A program made the position numbers and the translations under genes. Below the pieces are notes generated by a model. That model searched no databases and was not told where the DNA came from. It worked only from the letters and a program-made list of their open reading frames with translations. DNA of 64,000 nucleotides from an uncultured archaeon (GTDB lineage: Archaea > Iainarchaeota > Iainarchaeia > Iainarchaeales > JAAZKV01), in assembly GCA_964534045.1 (NCBI GenBank), contig CAZHNO010000001.1, forward strand, positions 129,786 to 193,785, given 5' to 3'. Shown piece after piece: positions 45,801-56,000 of this stretch. Within the stretch, counting starts at the first letter, position 1. The number at the start of each line of letters is the position of its first letter.

Positions 45801-48367
45801 AAAAATACAAAAAAGAAATAAAAATTTGTGCTTATTCTGGAGAAAAAGAAGCCGAGTATTTACATGCAAACAATGTGCAATTTATTATTAAAGCAATAAA
45901 CAAAAATACTGGAAATAGAAAAACAAGTGATGCTGATGGAACAATAACAATTTTGACTGATGCTTTGCACCCAGATGATTTAGCAGAAATACTTGGACAA
46001 AAAAGAAAATTTATACCTAATAAAGGAGAAAAAAATCCATATTATTTCACTGCAATGTGGAAGGGAGAACCAGAAATAATTGAAGACTTTAGAAAATATT
46101 ATGGAGACCTAATTGAATTAGGTTTGAGAAATGATGATTTTACAAAAAGCGCATCTGGGGATATGGAAGCAACAAAAGCCGGAGCAAAAATAATTAATGA
46201 ATCAAAAAGCAAAGCAATAAATTCATACTTAATGAGTTGTGGAATAACATCAGGATTATGTAATATGGCAACTAACTTAGGTGGAATAGGAAATGCTGGT
46301 TTTAGTGCATTAATGGATTGTGGTATTCCAGCAGCAACAATATTCAAAGCTGATTTGGCTGAAAGTTACGGATTTATGAGTACTTTCTATGAGTGGGGTT
46401 CTGACTTACCATTAATTGGCGATGCATTCAAAATTGAAGAAGCAACACTTGAAGCAAGAGACTGGAGTCCTTATACAGAAGCACAGGTTGTTGGAGCAGG
46501 ATATGGTGCAATGCAAGCAGCTGGAGCAAAATTACTAACACAAGTAGCTAGAGGAAAATATGGAACATTAAATACTACAGCAATAAATGATATAGCAACA
46601 GCAACTTATGTAAAAAACTTTGACACATCTTTGAAAAATACTTTGAATTCAACATTTGTAAATTCTTCCGGTTCGGATGCATTCAGAAAAGAAGCTGTTG
46701 ATTTTGTTCAAGAAAAATTTACTGAAGAATTACAACGTGCAACAAAAGAAAAAATTGGTGGATTCCATGGAGCCCATATTTTAGGAAGTAGAAAAACTTT
46801 GACTGAAAAACAAGCACAAGATATTTTAAGACTTGCAAAAGAAAAAGCTGAAAAAGACTTTTTAGATGACTTTTTGCTTAAAGCAGAAGCAGGTGGAGAT
46901 GCAACAGCAACAAGAATGAGACAATTATTAACTGAAAAAGGAATAACAACAGATGATGAATTACTGGGTGGATTACAAAGCTCAACTTTGAAAAATAAAA
47001 TTTCAACTGTTAGAGAAAGTGCATGGAAAGGAAAAGTTTCTAGTGCAGTTGATGAAATACCTAATGATTGGTTAGCTGGTTTGGATGACCCAGCAATAAT
47101 GAAACAAGAAGTTACAAGTAAAGTAAGAAACATTGTAAGAAATAATTTAGATGATATTGCAAGAGCAAAAGGAGTTGCTGTTACTGATGAAATGGTTGAA
47201 GCTGCAATGCGACAAATAAATGCAGATGATTTAATTGCACTAGCATCAAGAAGAGCTGCAAGCCAAGGATTAAATGGAACACAATTAGTAATTAATTTGA
47301 CTGCACCACAAGGAACTGTTGCACAAGCAACACAAGAAAGTTATTATAGAATATTAAATGAAACAATGAAAAATCAAATTGATGATGCTATAAAAGCTGG
47401 AATTATTAGTGATGATACATTAAAAGCAGTAGTAAAATCACAAGCTGATGATTTTGCAAGAATTTTAAAATCAGAATTAGTTGGTTTAGATAATGTAAAT
47501 TTAAGCAAGAGAACAATCACAGCAAAAATTGGAGAACTATTGAGAAGTCCAAGATTTTATGGCTCACTTGTATTAGGAGCAGGATGTGCATTCTTAGGAA
47601 ATGCAGTTGGAGTAAAATTTTATAAGGATTCAATAGAAGAAAGCAATCAAAAACAAAGAAATTTAACAAGCATAATGCCTGAAGGCTCAATAATGAAAGG
47701 AGAAACATACAAAATGATAATTGAAACAAAAGTGGCTGGAGAAACAAATGAAGAAGCAGGAATATCCGCAAAACTTTATTGGGTTGATACTGATGAAGAA
47801 AGAAAAGAAATGGAATTAGCACTAGCAAATGATAAAAATAATAATGAAATTAAAGGAACAAAATTACAATGGACTTCTGAATTACATAGCAAGAGGCCTG
47901 AAGAAAGACCATTATCTGAATATTTATTATACACAAAAGTTACTGATTTGAGACCATTATTACAAAGCGCTGGTTTCAAAGAAGATTTGAGAGAAAGAAT
48001 AATTTCAGCAATAGCAAATCCTTACTCGCAAAAACTAATTGACAAATATGCTCATGCAAATGGAGCAGAACCAATGCTAATAAAAGGAACACAAGTGCCA
48101 GAAACTTGGGTTGGAGCAATAATCGCAACAGATAATTATAGTGAAGAAACACTTGAAAGAGAATACAAAACAACAAAAGAAGATGAAAAGAAAGTGAAGA
48201 ATAGGATAATTGAACTTGGAAAAATAATTGAAACTAAGAATGAAATAAAAATCACTGAGGAAGTTGCAAGAGAATTTTACACTGATTCTGATAAGGCAGA
48301 TAAATTTTTCAAAATAACTAGTTCTTGGGATAAAGCATACGGACAAAAAGCACTAGAAAAAGAATGA
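39884..48367 (+). CDS. Giant membrane-anchored surface protein 2 (2827 aa) with Ig/CarboxypepD_reg-like repeats
   Basis: The conserved N-terminal cytoplasmic motif LEDKYFDVLDALDAKGLPVYKYSDFFEDKGIPSF is followed by a TM helix. Repeated about 90-aa beta domains follow (for example ITVSNADGLAIEGAEVTVY, VNVVNELGLSLSDSIVQVY). The C-terminal about 750 aa are non-repetitive and helical. Confidence 0.8.
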   Translation: MVGLISEKLSGFYTKLEDKYFDVLDALDAKGLPVYKYSDFFEDKGIPSFIVTITIILLLIMLLGFAFTGANLGSGEIIVSLKDSVTGQPLRNVSLKLFDTQNTILFDKSVSDGDRVEIAALAQGTKIRILAAKDGYASFQDEFLIGKESATRAIYLNKRFVGINAMLRLTDIETGTKIKGASVTARYGDEIYNFFEDGNGLYRKDNIPEGETVLLSVTADGYNLISDQAIVFFSETIRDLSLSPSNDGFVGLANVIITVSNADGLAIEGAEVTVYNKENQAVLMKKETTQGAVSGQIQTGIQLKITIKKEGYLNYDSDVELGGLTIRKQEDKIDLIMKQGGEKLIVNVVNELGLSLSDSIVQVYSERGELIDRKISVVGGAEFSGLDPEATILITAYKEGYLPSQAKVFVGATESVPIILKEITSGNSFRLDIFTLDNIGDAVSGANVEIKYFDEDGNKLPYGFDNLRTSLAGYVAAIVALNKTYEVSAETSIMQGKTTIDITEGTIDNKVYITMLMKPNVVELKLRDLLGNKVSGTAIVSTIEGDILYDGNITNSSVFFDAYGKELVELQVKLADGNVFTENVYVKGKKIVDVIVYDKENANLAPVIEFVGIETENGEEAKGLTPGAFYWAKFSVKWPVAAEKGGVHFRTGSDSVEFADSENVALFDLALSGANTFLSYSYNPEPLPGNEALDRSNQGYVDEANKWVEGEVTNPKGTYIAKVKIRVSDFTAGKINLKYRAWSEVQDETYRTPTDSVLGNSAFNIEKASLYAETLVESLTLYESLPECNDSVCVAYNFVDETESYYDLGKFEALQGKVYALETEFTAIEGDYLQVNLTTDSNIAFIGTQSGNFKFMENSGYINTKEASVTVSLTQNGKQKIRFYFVANGIGTNIINFSATGSGEIEKQISFDSVNEKEMLIELSEKKVGLGRNFTVKVLESNLKGIENALVKIINKKGEVVKSVVGDGTDGKGKSGLYRIENDLEAGVYVVRVEASKFKSKEEALLVTMSEILSITDDLVVKMLLEEKSKYVEAKLTNNSEFTINNIIIDTENSENFKIDVVSIPMLGKNQSQTLQIRVTYIGTSESADETFTISVKGMVEGTFLTSISTTLSASYNRVMDNSCLKFEPSSLKLAMVGNNGASASDTITVKNNCEIPVSLTPITIEKTRRSNIAVNGEAISLQVGQTQNITINAINMADRLFNRNEIYNYEILYDANYITKRINVSVELINPQIALSYPGQITLFLAQNSPTAKAISAQPIFVTNVSQYSVEGIKFSTEKEYASESNVKLSIEPADMVSLEAGQSINPAKILFAEASTKYSEPVRGTVTITGKIGNLNNRIGTSDNYNYQDFLSGKYSINNYQNNSAGYTSTSNTLGVIDVLVYYSGFDCLKTTISNGTFNLSQEGLGRTATISIQNNCAEPVRVIDIKSNYPTLAFSIPNVIVQPNTTIETQMGVMVVGGQTKLRNFPITLRGMTEISQTVIEASPMNIDVFSGVNFNEEYSKAEKGISVNICGEETKELIDIPREASGNDCSQGYCDAEQASEYIAKKLDTAIKKAEAQAYSAQTTNESMLCLTKGFCTFGDIGTQQTSFDLYLKNDVVSTEAMRNAFEKFASGSTGISGISSAEFRFETGNVSDEILGAIARSGYGKQVIIDDSISGCGYYKIVISGVFPVTGEGVNFLMPILSIKAEPLIGKGKIQTKECEDSIENLVNFTPIDKKYSLGNTGGTWLTSIEAEKSLQEMAKNISKKLVNNENRVGQGTGNKLILREAPLTDALAEVCLIGGEKAIIEVNINSQLTELNSAKKDFEDEVVKLVTNAIASNFGENCLTKHAEGYKCVQLTDLSGLEGGLLLKLNSKNLSLGKDGGCVTGEVSSSLPETIEFSVIPYTENKEFLNITKITVEEISKNNETNTNNNAENNESKEDDEDSESEISEDNVLEGKKVYEIEFKGSKISKETPVKVKLDTISTDKEQKYKKEIKICAYSGEKEAEYLHANNVQFIIKAINKNTGNRKTSDADGTITILTDALHPDDLAEILGQKRKFIPNKGEKNPYYFTAMWKGEPEIIEDFRKYYGDLIELGLRNDDFTKSASGDMEATKAGAKIINESKSKAINSYLMSCGITSGLCNMATNLGGIGNAGFSALMDCGIPAATIFKADLAESYGFMSTFYEWGSDLPLIGDAFKIEEATLEARDWSPYTEAQVVGAGYGAMQAAGAKLLTQVARGKYGTLNTTAINDIATATYVKNFDTSLKNTLNSTFVNSSGSDAFRKEAVDFVQEKFTEELQRATKEKIGGFHGAHILGSRKTLTEKQAQDILRLAKEKAEKDFLDDFLLKAEAGGDATATRMRQLLTEKGITTDDELLGGLQSSTLKNKISTVRESAWKGKVSSAVDEIPNDWLAGLDDPAIMKQEVTSKVRNIVRNNLDDIARAKGVAVTDEMVEAAMRQINADDLIALASRRAASQGLNGTQLVINLTAPQGTVAQATQESYYRILNETMKNQIDDAIKAGIISDDTLKAVVKSQADDFARILKSELVGLDNVNLSKRTITAKIGELLRSPRFYGSLVLGAGCAFLGNAVGVKFYKDSIEESNQKQRNLTSIMPEGSIMKGETYKMIIETKVAGETNEEAGISAKLYWVDTDEERKEMELALANDKNNNEIKGTKLQWTSELHSKRPEERPLSEYLLYTKVTDLRPLLQSAGFKEDLRERIISAIANPYSQKLIDKYAHANGAEPMLIKGTQVPETWVGAIIATDNYSEETLEREYKTTKEDEKKVKNRIIELGKIIETKNEIKITEEVAREFYTDSDKADKFFKITSSWDKAYGQKALEKE

Positions 48368-48454
48368 AAAAAATAAATAATTCTCTAAAAAATAATAAAA
48401 CTTTCAAACACTAACTGCAGTAAGTCTTTTTAATAAGAAAAACTTTTCTTAATA

Positions 48455-49912
48455 ATGATTCTAAAAATGAATTCACGTGGATTTAATTTATTTTCTGCTT
48501 TGGTTGCTGCAGTGTTATTAATGAGCGGAGTAGTTTTAATCAACATGCTAATTAGCACAGAAGAAAAAATTGGAACAGAAGTTTACTTAATGACAAATAA
48601 TTTTAGTTTAAGTGATGCTGCATCAATAGCGAAAGCTGATGCTTTACAAAGTTTTAATTATAATTTCAGAGAAAGTTTAGAAGATTACTTAACTTTAAGC
48701 GAAGCGGAAATCGCAGATGGAACAACCTTTGACCTAATAAATACTGATGATTTGGGTGGAAATCAATGGAATACTTTATTACAAAACTTTGAAACCGCAG
48801 TATTACTAAGTGGAACAACAATAAAAGATGAAGATGGAACTGAAATAGAAAGACAAAACTTTGAAGCGGTTATACAATATGTTGCTGACAGAACAATAAA
48901 TCAATTTCATGATGGAAGATATGGCAGGTATCATGTTTCTTTAAGTTCACGGGATAGTGAAGCAGTAAATGCTGTTAGAACAGTAATGGAAAATGTAATA
49001 GTAAAAAATGCTGGCGAAATGGATTTTTTAAAAGTGGTTGGTTGTGATGCAACAAGCTGTGAAGTAGGAACATTTTATTTCATTATTCCATTAGATTTAA
49101 TGACTAATGAAGATTATGAAGCTTTGCCAAGAATTGTTGTAAAAGATTTAATAACCGGTGAAGAAATAAAAGTTGCTTTGTTACCAAAAACCAGATTGAA
49201 TATTTACATACCTTTAAGATTTTTTAAAGCAGTTCATGAATCAATAAGAAATGCTAAAGCAATACAAAATGTTGAAACTATGATTGGAGCAAAAGCAATG
49301 CTTGGTTATTGTGATTCTGGCTCTTGTGTACCAAGAAAAGATCCATTACAAGCAACTAGTGGTAATTGGGACAAAGAATGTAGAAATACAAGTGAGACTG
49401 GGATTAGACAAGAATTAACCTCGCACAGCTTATTAATTACTGACGATTATAAAATAATACAAAATCAAATTGGGGCTGTTGCATTAAGAGCGTTTGCTAA
49501 ATTTCATGGTTGTGAATATGGAGTTGCAGAATATTATTATTATCATGCTCAAGACCCAACTTTTACTAATTATAATTGGACAACCGTTGGGTTGGAAGGA
49601 GAGTTAAGTATTGGAATAAAAGGTTATCCAAAATGCCCATTCAACAAAATTAATGGAATAATAAAATCCAATGAAACAAAGGATCTTAGTGGGACTGGTG
49701 GTGGAGCAGGAACTGGTTTGTATTGTTCAACACTAACAAAAATTGAAGCAAGTGTAATGTTTGTTGACACTAATCCATTATATATTGTGAGTGGCGAAAA
49801 AAATGTTTATAGAATAGGAATAAATGGAAAGAGTTTTGATGCAATGCAAAGCAATTTAGGAAGTTGTTCAAGTGGATCAAATCAATGTTGTATTCCAGGC
49901 ACCTGTCCATGA
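48455..49912 (+). CDS. Large pilin-like protein (485 aa) with a Cys-rich C-terminus
   Basis: The N-terminus is MILKMNSRG/FNLFSALVAAVLLMSGVVLINML, with RG at -2/-1 and F at +1 plus a hydrophobic helix. The C-terminus is GSCSSGSNQCCIPGTCP. Confidence 0.5.
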   Translation: MILKMNSRGFNLFSALVAAVLLMSGVVLINMLISTEEKIGTEVYLMTNNFSLSDAASIAKADALQSFNYNFRESLEDYLTLSEAEIADGTTFDLINTDDLGGNQWNTLLQNFETAVLLSGTTIKDEDGTEIERQNFEAVIQYVADRTINQFHDGRYGRYHVSLSSRDSEAVNAVRTVMENVIVKNAGEMDFLKVVGCDATSCEVGTFYFIIPLDLMTNEDYEALPRIVVKDLITGEEIKVALLPKTRLNIYIPLRFFKAVHESIRNAKAIQNVETMIGAKAMLGYCDSGSCVPRKDPLQATSGNWDKECRNTSETGIRQELTSHSLLITDDYKIIQNQIGAVALRAFAKFHGCEYGVAEYYYYHAQDPTFTNYNWTTVGLEGELSIGIKGYPKCPFNKINGIIKSNETKDLSGTGGGAGTGLYCSTLTKIEASVMFVDTNPLYIVSGEKNVYRIGINGKSFDAMQSNLGSCSSGSNQCCIPGTCP

Positions 49913-50006
49913 ACATAAAAAAGATTTATATATAACAAAATCTTCCATATATCATTAATATTTTGAAAGAGTATTAATTTACGACAAGAGATATATTAAT
50001 AAACAA

Positions 50007-53000
50007 TTGAAAGTAATAATATATAGTGAACAAGTTATTGGGGTATTGACGATGGTTGATTTAAAGGGAGCTTATTTTTCTTTAGAAGATAAGTGGTACT
50101 CTTTCGTTGACAAAGTATCTGATAAGTTGCCTTTTTTTGGAAAAGTTGTTGATAAAATTGAAGAAAAAAATATCCCCAGTTTTCCAGTTGCAATAGCAAT
50201 TGTAATTGTATTAATTTTAGTAATCTTATTTTTATTAAGTGGAACAGGACAAGCATTAACAATAGCAATTTATGATGAAAATGGAAATCCAATTGATAGC
50301 GCAGAAGTAAGTGTTTTTTTGGACGGAAAATTAGTTGATTCTAGACCAACAACTACTGATGGAAAAGTAACATTCTTTTTAGCTGATGCTGGTTACACAA
50401 TAAAAATTGATAAAGATGGTTTTGTTTCAATAACAAAAGAAAATATTCGCCCAGCACAATACGCTGAAGAATTTACTTTAAGTAAAGATGATGTTGCATT
50501 AACAAGAGCAATTTCTTTGAAAAGTGCAACTGGACAATTGGTTTCAGGAACAGGAATAGTAATGTACACTTGTACTGATACTGGAGAACAAAAAGTTGGA
50601 AATTATTCAAATGGTTCATTCAAAGCAGATTTTTCTGATTGTTCACAAATAAGAATTGATTCAATTTCTGGATACACCATTGTTTCTGGAATAGCAACTA
50701 TTTCAAATACAAATAACATTGTTCTTGAAGCAATTGATACACAAACTGGAACAATAACAGTTAGTGTTAGTGGAGATGGAAGTTTAGCAGGAGTAAGAGT
50801 AACTATTAATGGAGAAGATGGAACTCCAGTTGAAACTAAAACTCTTGGTGAAGGTGGAGTTATTACTTTTGAAAATGCTCCAACAAAAAAATATTTTGTG
50901 AGCGTTCATGATCCAAATGGAAAATTTAAAGGTTACCAAGGAAATACTTTAGGAGAAATAAAAGAATTGAGAAAAAATGAAACTATTTCATTTAACTTAG
51001 TATTAGAAAAAACAGTTTCTGCAACAATCACAGTTAATGTAAAAGATTTTGATAATTCTGCACCAATAATTGGAGCAGAAGTAAGATTATTATCTAAAAG
51101 CACTCAAGAAACAATTGATACTGAAATAACAGGAATAACTGGACAAATTATTTTTAATGTTCCAGCAAATAGTGAGTATTTAGTTAGTACAGAGCACCCA
51201 GAATATATAATTGGGACGTCACAAAATGCAACAAGCAATGATATAATTAATTTCAATCTTATAAAAGCAACTGAAGCAAATTCACAAACATTAAAAGTAA
51301 AGGTTGTTGACCCACAAGGAAAACCAATTGATAATGTAAAAATTTCTCTAAAGAAATTAGATGATATAAAAGTTGGAGACAAAACAACTGGTGCAGATGG
51401 TATTGCTGAATTTTACAATTTAGAAATTACAAGCTATTATGCTTATGCAATAAAAGAAGGATTTGCTGGAGTAACTTCTAATGCTGTTCAAGTTCTTCCA
51501 CGAAGAGAAAATATACTGCCAATAATAATTGATATTGGAAATGGAGAAATAAAATTAAGTGTTGTTGATGAAGCACTTGGAATAATGCCCGGAGTTAATG
51601 TAAAAGCAATTAATTATTTCACAAAAGAAGTTGAAGAGGAACAAACAACTTCACAAACAGGAGAAGCATCATTTACACTAAGAGAAGATAAGAAAATTTA
51701 TTTCATAGTTTCAGCAGCAGGTTATCCTGAATATTATACAACAACAATGAATCCTGATTCAGATTCAACAATTGAAAGAATGGTTCAATTAGAAAGAAGC
51801 ACTGACTCAGTAAAAGTAAAAATAATTGGAATTTATTCTGGTGATTCAGAAATTGGTGCTGAAAGAATTGTTGGACAAGGAAGATATATTGTTAAAGCAG
51901 TTGTTGAAGTTCCAAAAGGAACTTTTTCAGAAGCAGGTTTCCATTTGAGAACAGGAAAGGCAACAGAAAATACCATTAATTTAATGGAAGAAGATCTTGC
52001 AAAATTAGGAAATGTTTATTCATCAGCACAAACTACAACAAAAGGAACTACTTATAGTCCACCAAATAATTATGCTGTTGATTCAGTAAATTTAACAAGC
52101 GGAACAGCAAAGTGGATAGAAGCCAAGTGGAAAAATCCACAAGAAGGAATTTATGAAATTGAAACTGAATTAATAATTGATGATGTAAATCCTAACTCAG
52201 GAATAAATTTATGGTATAGGGCTTATGCAAAAGGAGCAAGCACTCTAAGAAGTCCAACAAACTCTAATTCAGGACACGAATTATATGCAAGCGCAAACAA
52301 TTATTTATTAGTTAGCGGAGCAACAAATTTATGCAAAGAATCTTTTTGTGTAAGCAAAGAAGTTACAACACAAACAGGAACTAATGCTGGAAGAGTACAA
52401 TATATTAGTAACAAAATTAGTGCAAGCAAAAATACTATTTACACATTGAAAGCTAATTTGATTAGTAGAAAAGTAATTAATGGTGCTGTGCTAGAAATTG
52501 AAGGAAAGGGAATACAAATACAAGAAATTCTTGTAAATGGGTTAGAAAAAGAGGATAGCACTAGCTTAGGAACACTTGGAAAGGATTCTTTTACTGAAAT
52601 TGAAATAACATTTGAAGCAATTAGTTCAGGGACTGGAAGCTTAAAGTTAAAAATAAATTCTTCATCAACAACAGAATTAGAAGAAAATATTATTGTTGAT
52701 GTAAAAGCAAACAAGAAATTTAACCTTGATATTATTCCAAAACAAATAATTCCTTATGTAAACAATACAATGTTCTTTGAAGTAACAGATGGAAATGATT
52801 CTATAAAAGATGTTTTAATACAAATAAAATCTAACAATGATGTTTTGGAAACTATTGAAACTGGAAGTGAAGGATTAGCACAATATGAATTAAGTTCACC
52901 AAGCATTGGAGATATAATTACTATTACTGCATCAAAAGAAAATTATGATACAATTGAAATAACAAAAGCAGTTGATGAAAGATTACTAATAATTACTCCA

Positions 53001-56000
53001 CCAGAAATAAGTGAAACAATAAAAATTGGTGAAACTGCAAGCATTGAAACCACAATCATATTAGAGAATGCAACTGCCGAAAAATTATTAATTGATAGAT
53101 TTAATTTAAGCGGGGAATTAAGTTCTTACTTAGATATTTCACTAAATAATATTGAAGGAACAAGCATCGATGTTGAAAAAGATGCAAATCATATTTTGAA
53201 AATAAAACCAAATGCTACTGCAAAGAAATTAAGAGAACCAAAAACAATTACTGGAACAATAGAAATAATTACAAAAGTTGACGGAACAAACCAAAGTTAT
53301 TCAAGCGAATTACCAATTAGTGTTAGATTATCGATGCCTGGATACCTTGATAGTGACAAGTGCTTGAAAATCACTCCAGGAAGTTTAGAATATAATACTT
53401 CAACAAGTGAAGTAACTCAAAGTGTTGAAGTAGAAAATTCATGCACAGCAGAAGGAATTAAAGTTAACTTGTTTGAAATGGAAGCAAAATTAAATGAAGT
53501 AAGCAAATTTGGAACAATAAATGTTTCAGGAGTAGGCTTCATGAATACATCAATAGGTGATTCTTACTCAAAAATTGCAGATATTTTTGAAAATGGTTCA
53601 AAAGAAACACTAAGTATTAGATTTAATCCAAATGCTAGTTTGTCATCAGGAAAACAAACACTAACAATGATGGTTAGAGCAAAAAATAATACCGAAGATG
53701 GAGAAGAAACAATTGAAACAAAAATAACACTAAATATTTCAATGAGTAATTTATCAAAGTGCATTGAAGTAGAAGAACCTGCAGATGGAATTGTGTTAGA
53801 TGTTGCAGGATGGAATATGGGATACAATAGAATAATTAATAGTAATTTATCATCTTATGCACAAACATACCAAGGATTCACTAACAGAGGACAACAATCA
53901 ATGCCTTATGGAATGCAACAAGCATTGCCATTCATGGGAAAAGGTGGAAGCGAATATGAGCAAGATAGATTTATAATAAAAAATAATTGTGCTGTTGATG
54001 TTGAAATTGATCTTGATCCTGATTCAAGAATAAATGTTAACGAAGAAAAATTTACTATATCAGCAAATAGTGATGCCACAGTAACAGTTAGTCCGGGATA
54101 TACTCTTGGAAAATATAATGTCGGTGTTAATGCAAAAATAGTTGATTCAACAGAATCACATTACAAAGTTGATTCAGTAAGTGTTACTGTTAGAAGATTA
54201 GGAGAAATTGATTCTGAATGTATAAAAACAAATGTTTCAAAATTAACATTCAATTCATTCTTATACAAAGCAGAAAAATACAAAGTATACAATTATTGTT
54301 ATAACTCAGGAGTAATGCTTGCAAGAAATAATGCGGTTTCAATACAATGTGATTCGCCAACTCCTGCACAAGGCACAGCTGTTCCTTATATGCAAGTAGG
54401 TATGGAACAAATATATGCAAACCAATACCCAATAACAAACACTTACCAATCATATAATTCTTATCTACAACCACAAGGGTGTGGAACAAATTCTTGTTCA
54501 TTCATTGCAGGAACAAGAACATTCAATTATAGATTGCTTGATCAAAGTGGGGGCGTAGAAGAGTTAACTTTTGAAGTTTTACCAAGTTCACAATATCTTC
54601 CTCAAAGAAGATTATTTGATTCACAAAGAAACACTTATGGATTCTTCCAAAACCTAGCAGACATTAGACAATGGGCAACAGAAACAGATGCACGAACAGA
54701 AGTTTATGGAAACTTGAATGTACAATACTCTAATCAGTATGGTTCAACACAATGCATGTCATTCCCAATAACAATAGAAGATAATTGGAGAATGCTTGAA
54801 AGTATTGACTCTGCAATTAATTGGGGAGATCCAAATGCAAAACCACAAGAGTGTGTGGGAAGCGAAGAGAAAAAAGCACTAGATATTGTGAGATATTGGG
54901 TTGAAAGAGGAAATGGAAAAGGAGCAATACCTGATTCAGAATACAGAGAAAATGGAGTTTATTTACATTTAGCTGAACCACCAGCAGTAAATATTGGGCC
55001 TTCACCAACAAACACTACATACTACCCACAATACTCAGGCACAAAAGGAACAAGCAGTGCAAAAAATTGTGGATTGTTAGATTCATTAAGTGATTTAAAA
55101 TACTCAACTGATTTCGGCGGAGTTGTAATAGGCGTAGAAACACTAAAGAAAGGAAGTTTAATGGGCAATACATTAGGACCAAATTTAGCAGTGTCAATTG
55201 ATAGAACAGGAATACAATACAGTTGTGTTTACATTAATACAACAGTAAGTGCAAAATTAAGAAGAGCAATTAATTTAGAAACCGCAGAAATAACTTGGCC
55301 ACTAAAAGCAATAGTAACAAGACCAGGATATGTAATACCAAGTGGATTCAAACCAGAAACTGATTGTTATAATGTAGGAACTGGAGAATTAGATTGTGAA
55401 TTACTAGCAAGACAATACATAAAGAAAGGATATAAAGAATTCATTAAAGCTTATTCTCAATGTGCACAATCAATAACAGAAGAATACATGAAAGAATTAG
55501 CAAAAGAACAAACATTTGAAGGAGCATGCACAACAGATTCAACAGAATATGGATTTGACAAAATAAACAAAACAAGTGCTGAAGAAATTAGCACTAGCGA
55601 TGCAAAAACATATTGCCAAGAAAACTTTTGTAACAATGATATGCTACAATTATTCTTACTAGATAAATATAAAACATTAAAAGAAAAATTAAATAACTTT
55701 GCAGGAATAGAATCACAAGTTAATAGCGTTGAAAGCAATTTAAAATTGTCAGAAATTTATAAATTAGCTCCAACAAAAGATTTGAACACTTGTGAAAAAA
55801 CAGAAAAATATTATTCTGGAACAAGTGATGTTTACATTGAAGTAGATATTGAAAAATTCATTAATGAAAAATCATGGAAAGATTCTGTTCTTAACGATAC
55901 ACCAACTAGCGATTCACGCCCATCACTAGTATCAATGATGACAATACTAAATAATTTGAAAAACACTGATACCCACAAAGAGTACTTTATATTATACAAT

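Noticed and set aside
41603-48346. Numerous 60-170-aa minus-strand ORFs inside giants 2 and 3 (for example 44215-44736, 46708-47133)
   Set aside because: All are antisense to long plus-strand ORFs that have repeated domain structure. They have Leu/Phe/Ser-rich shadow-frame composition.
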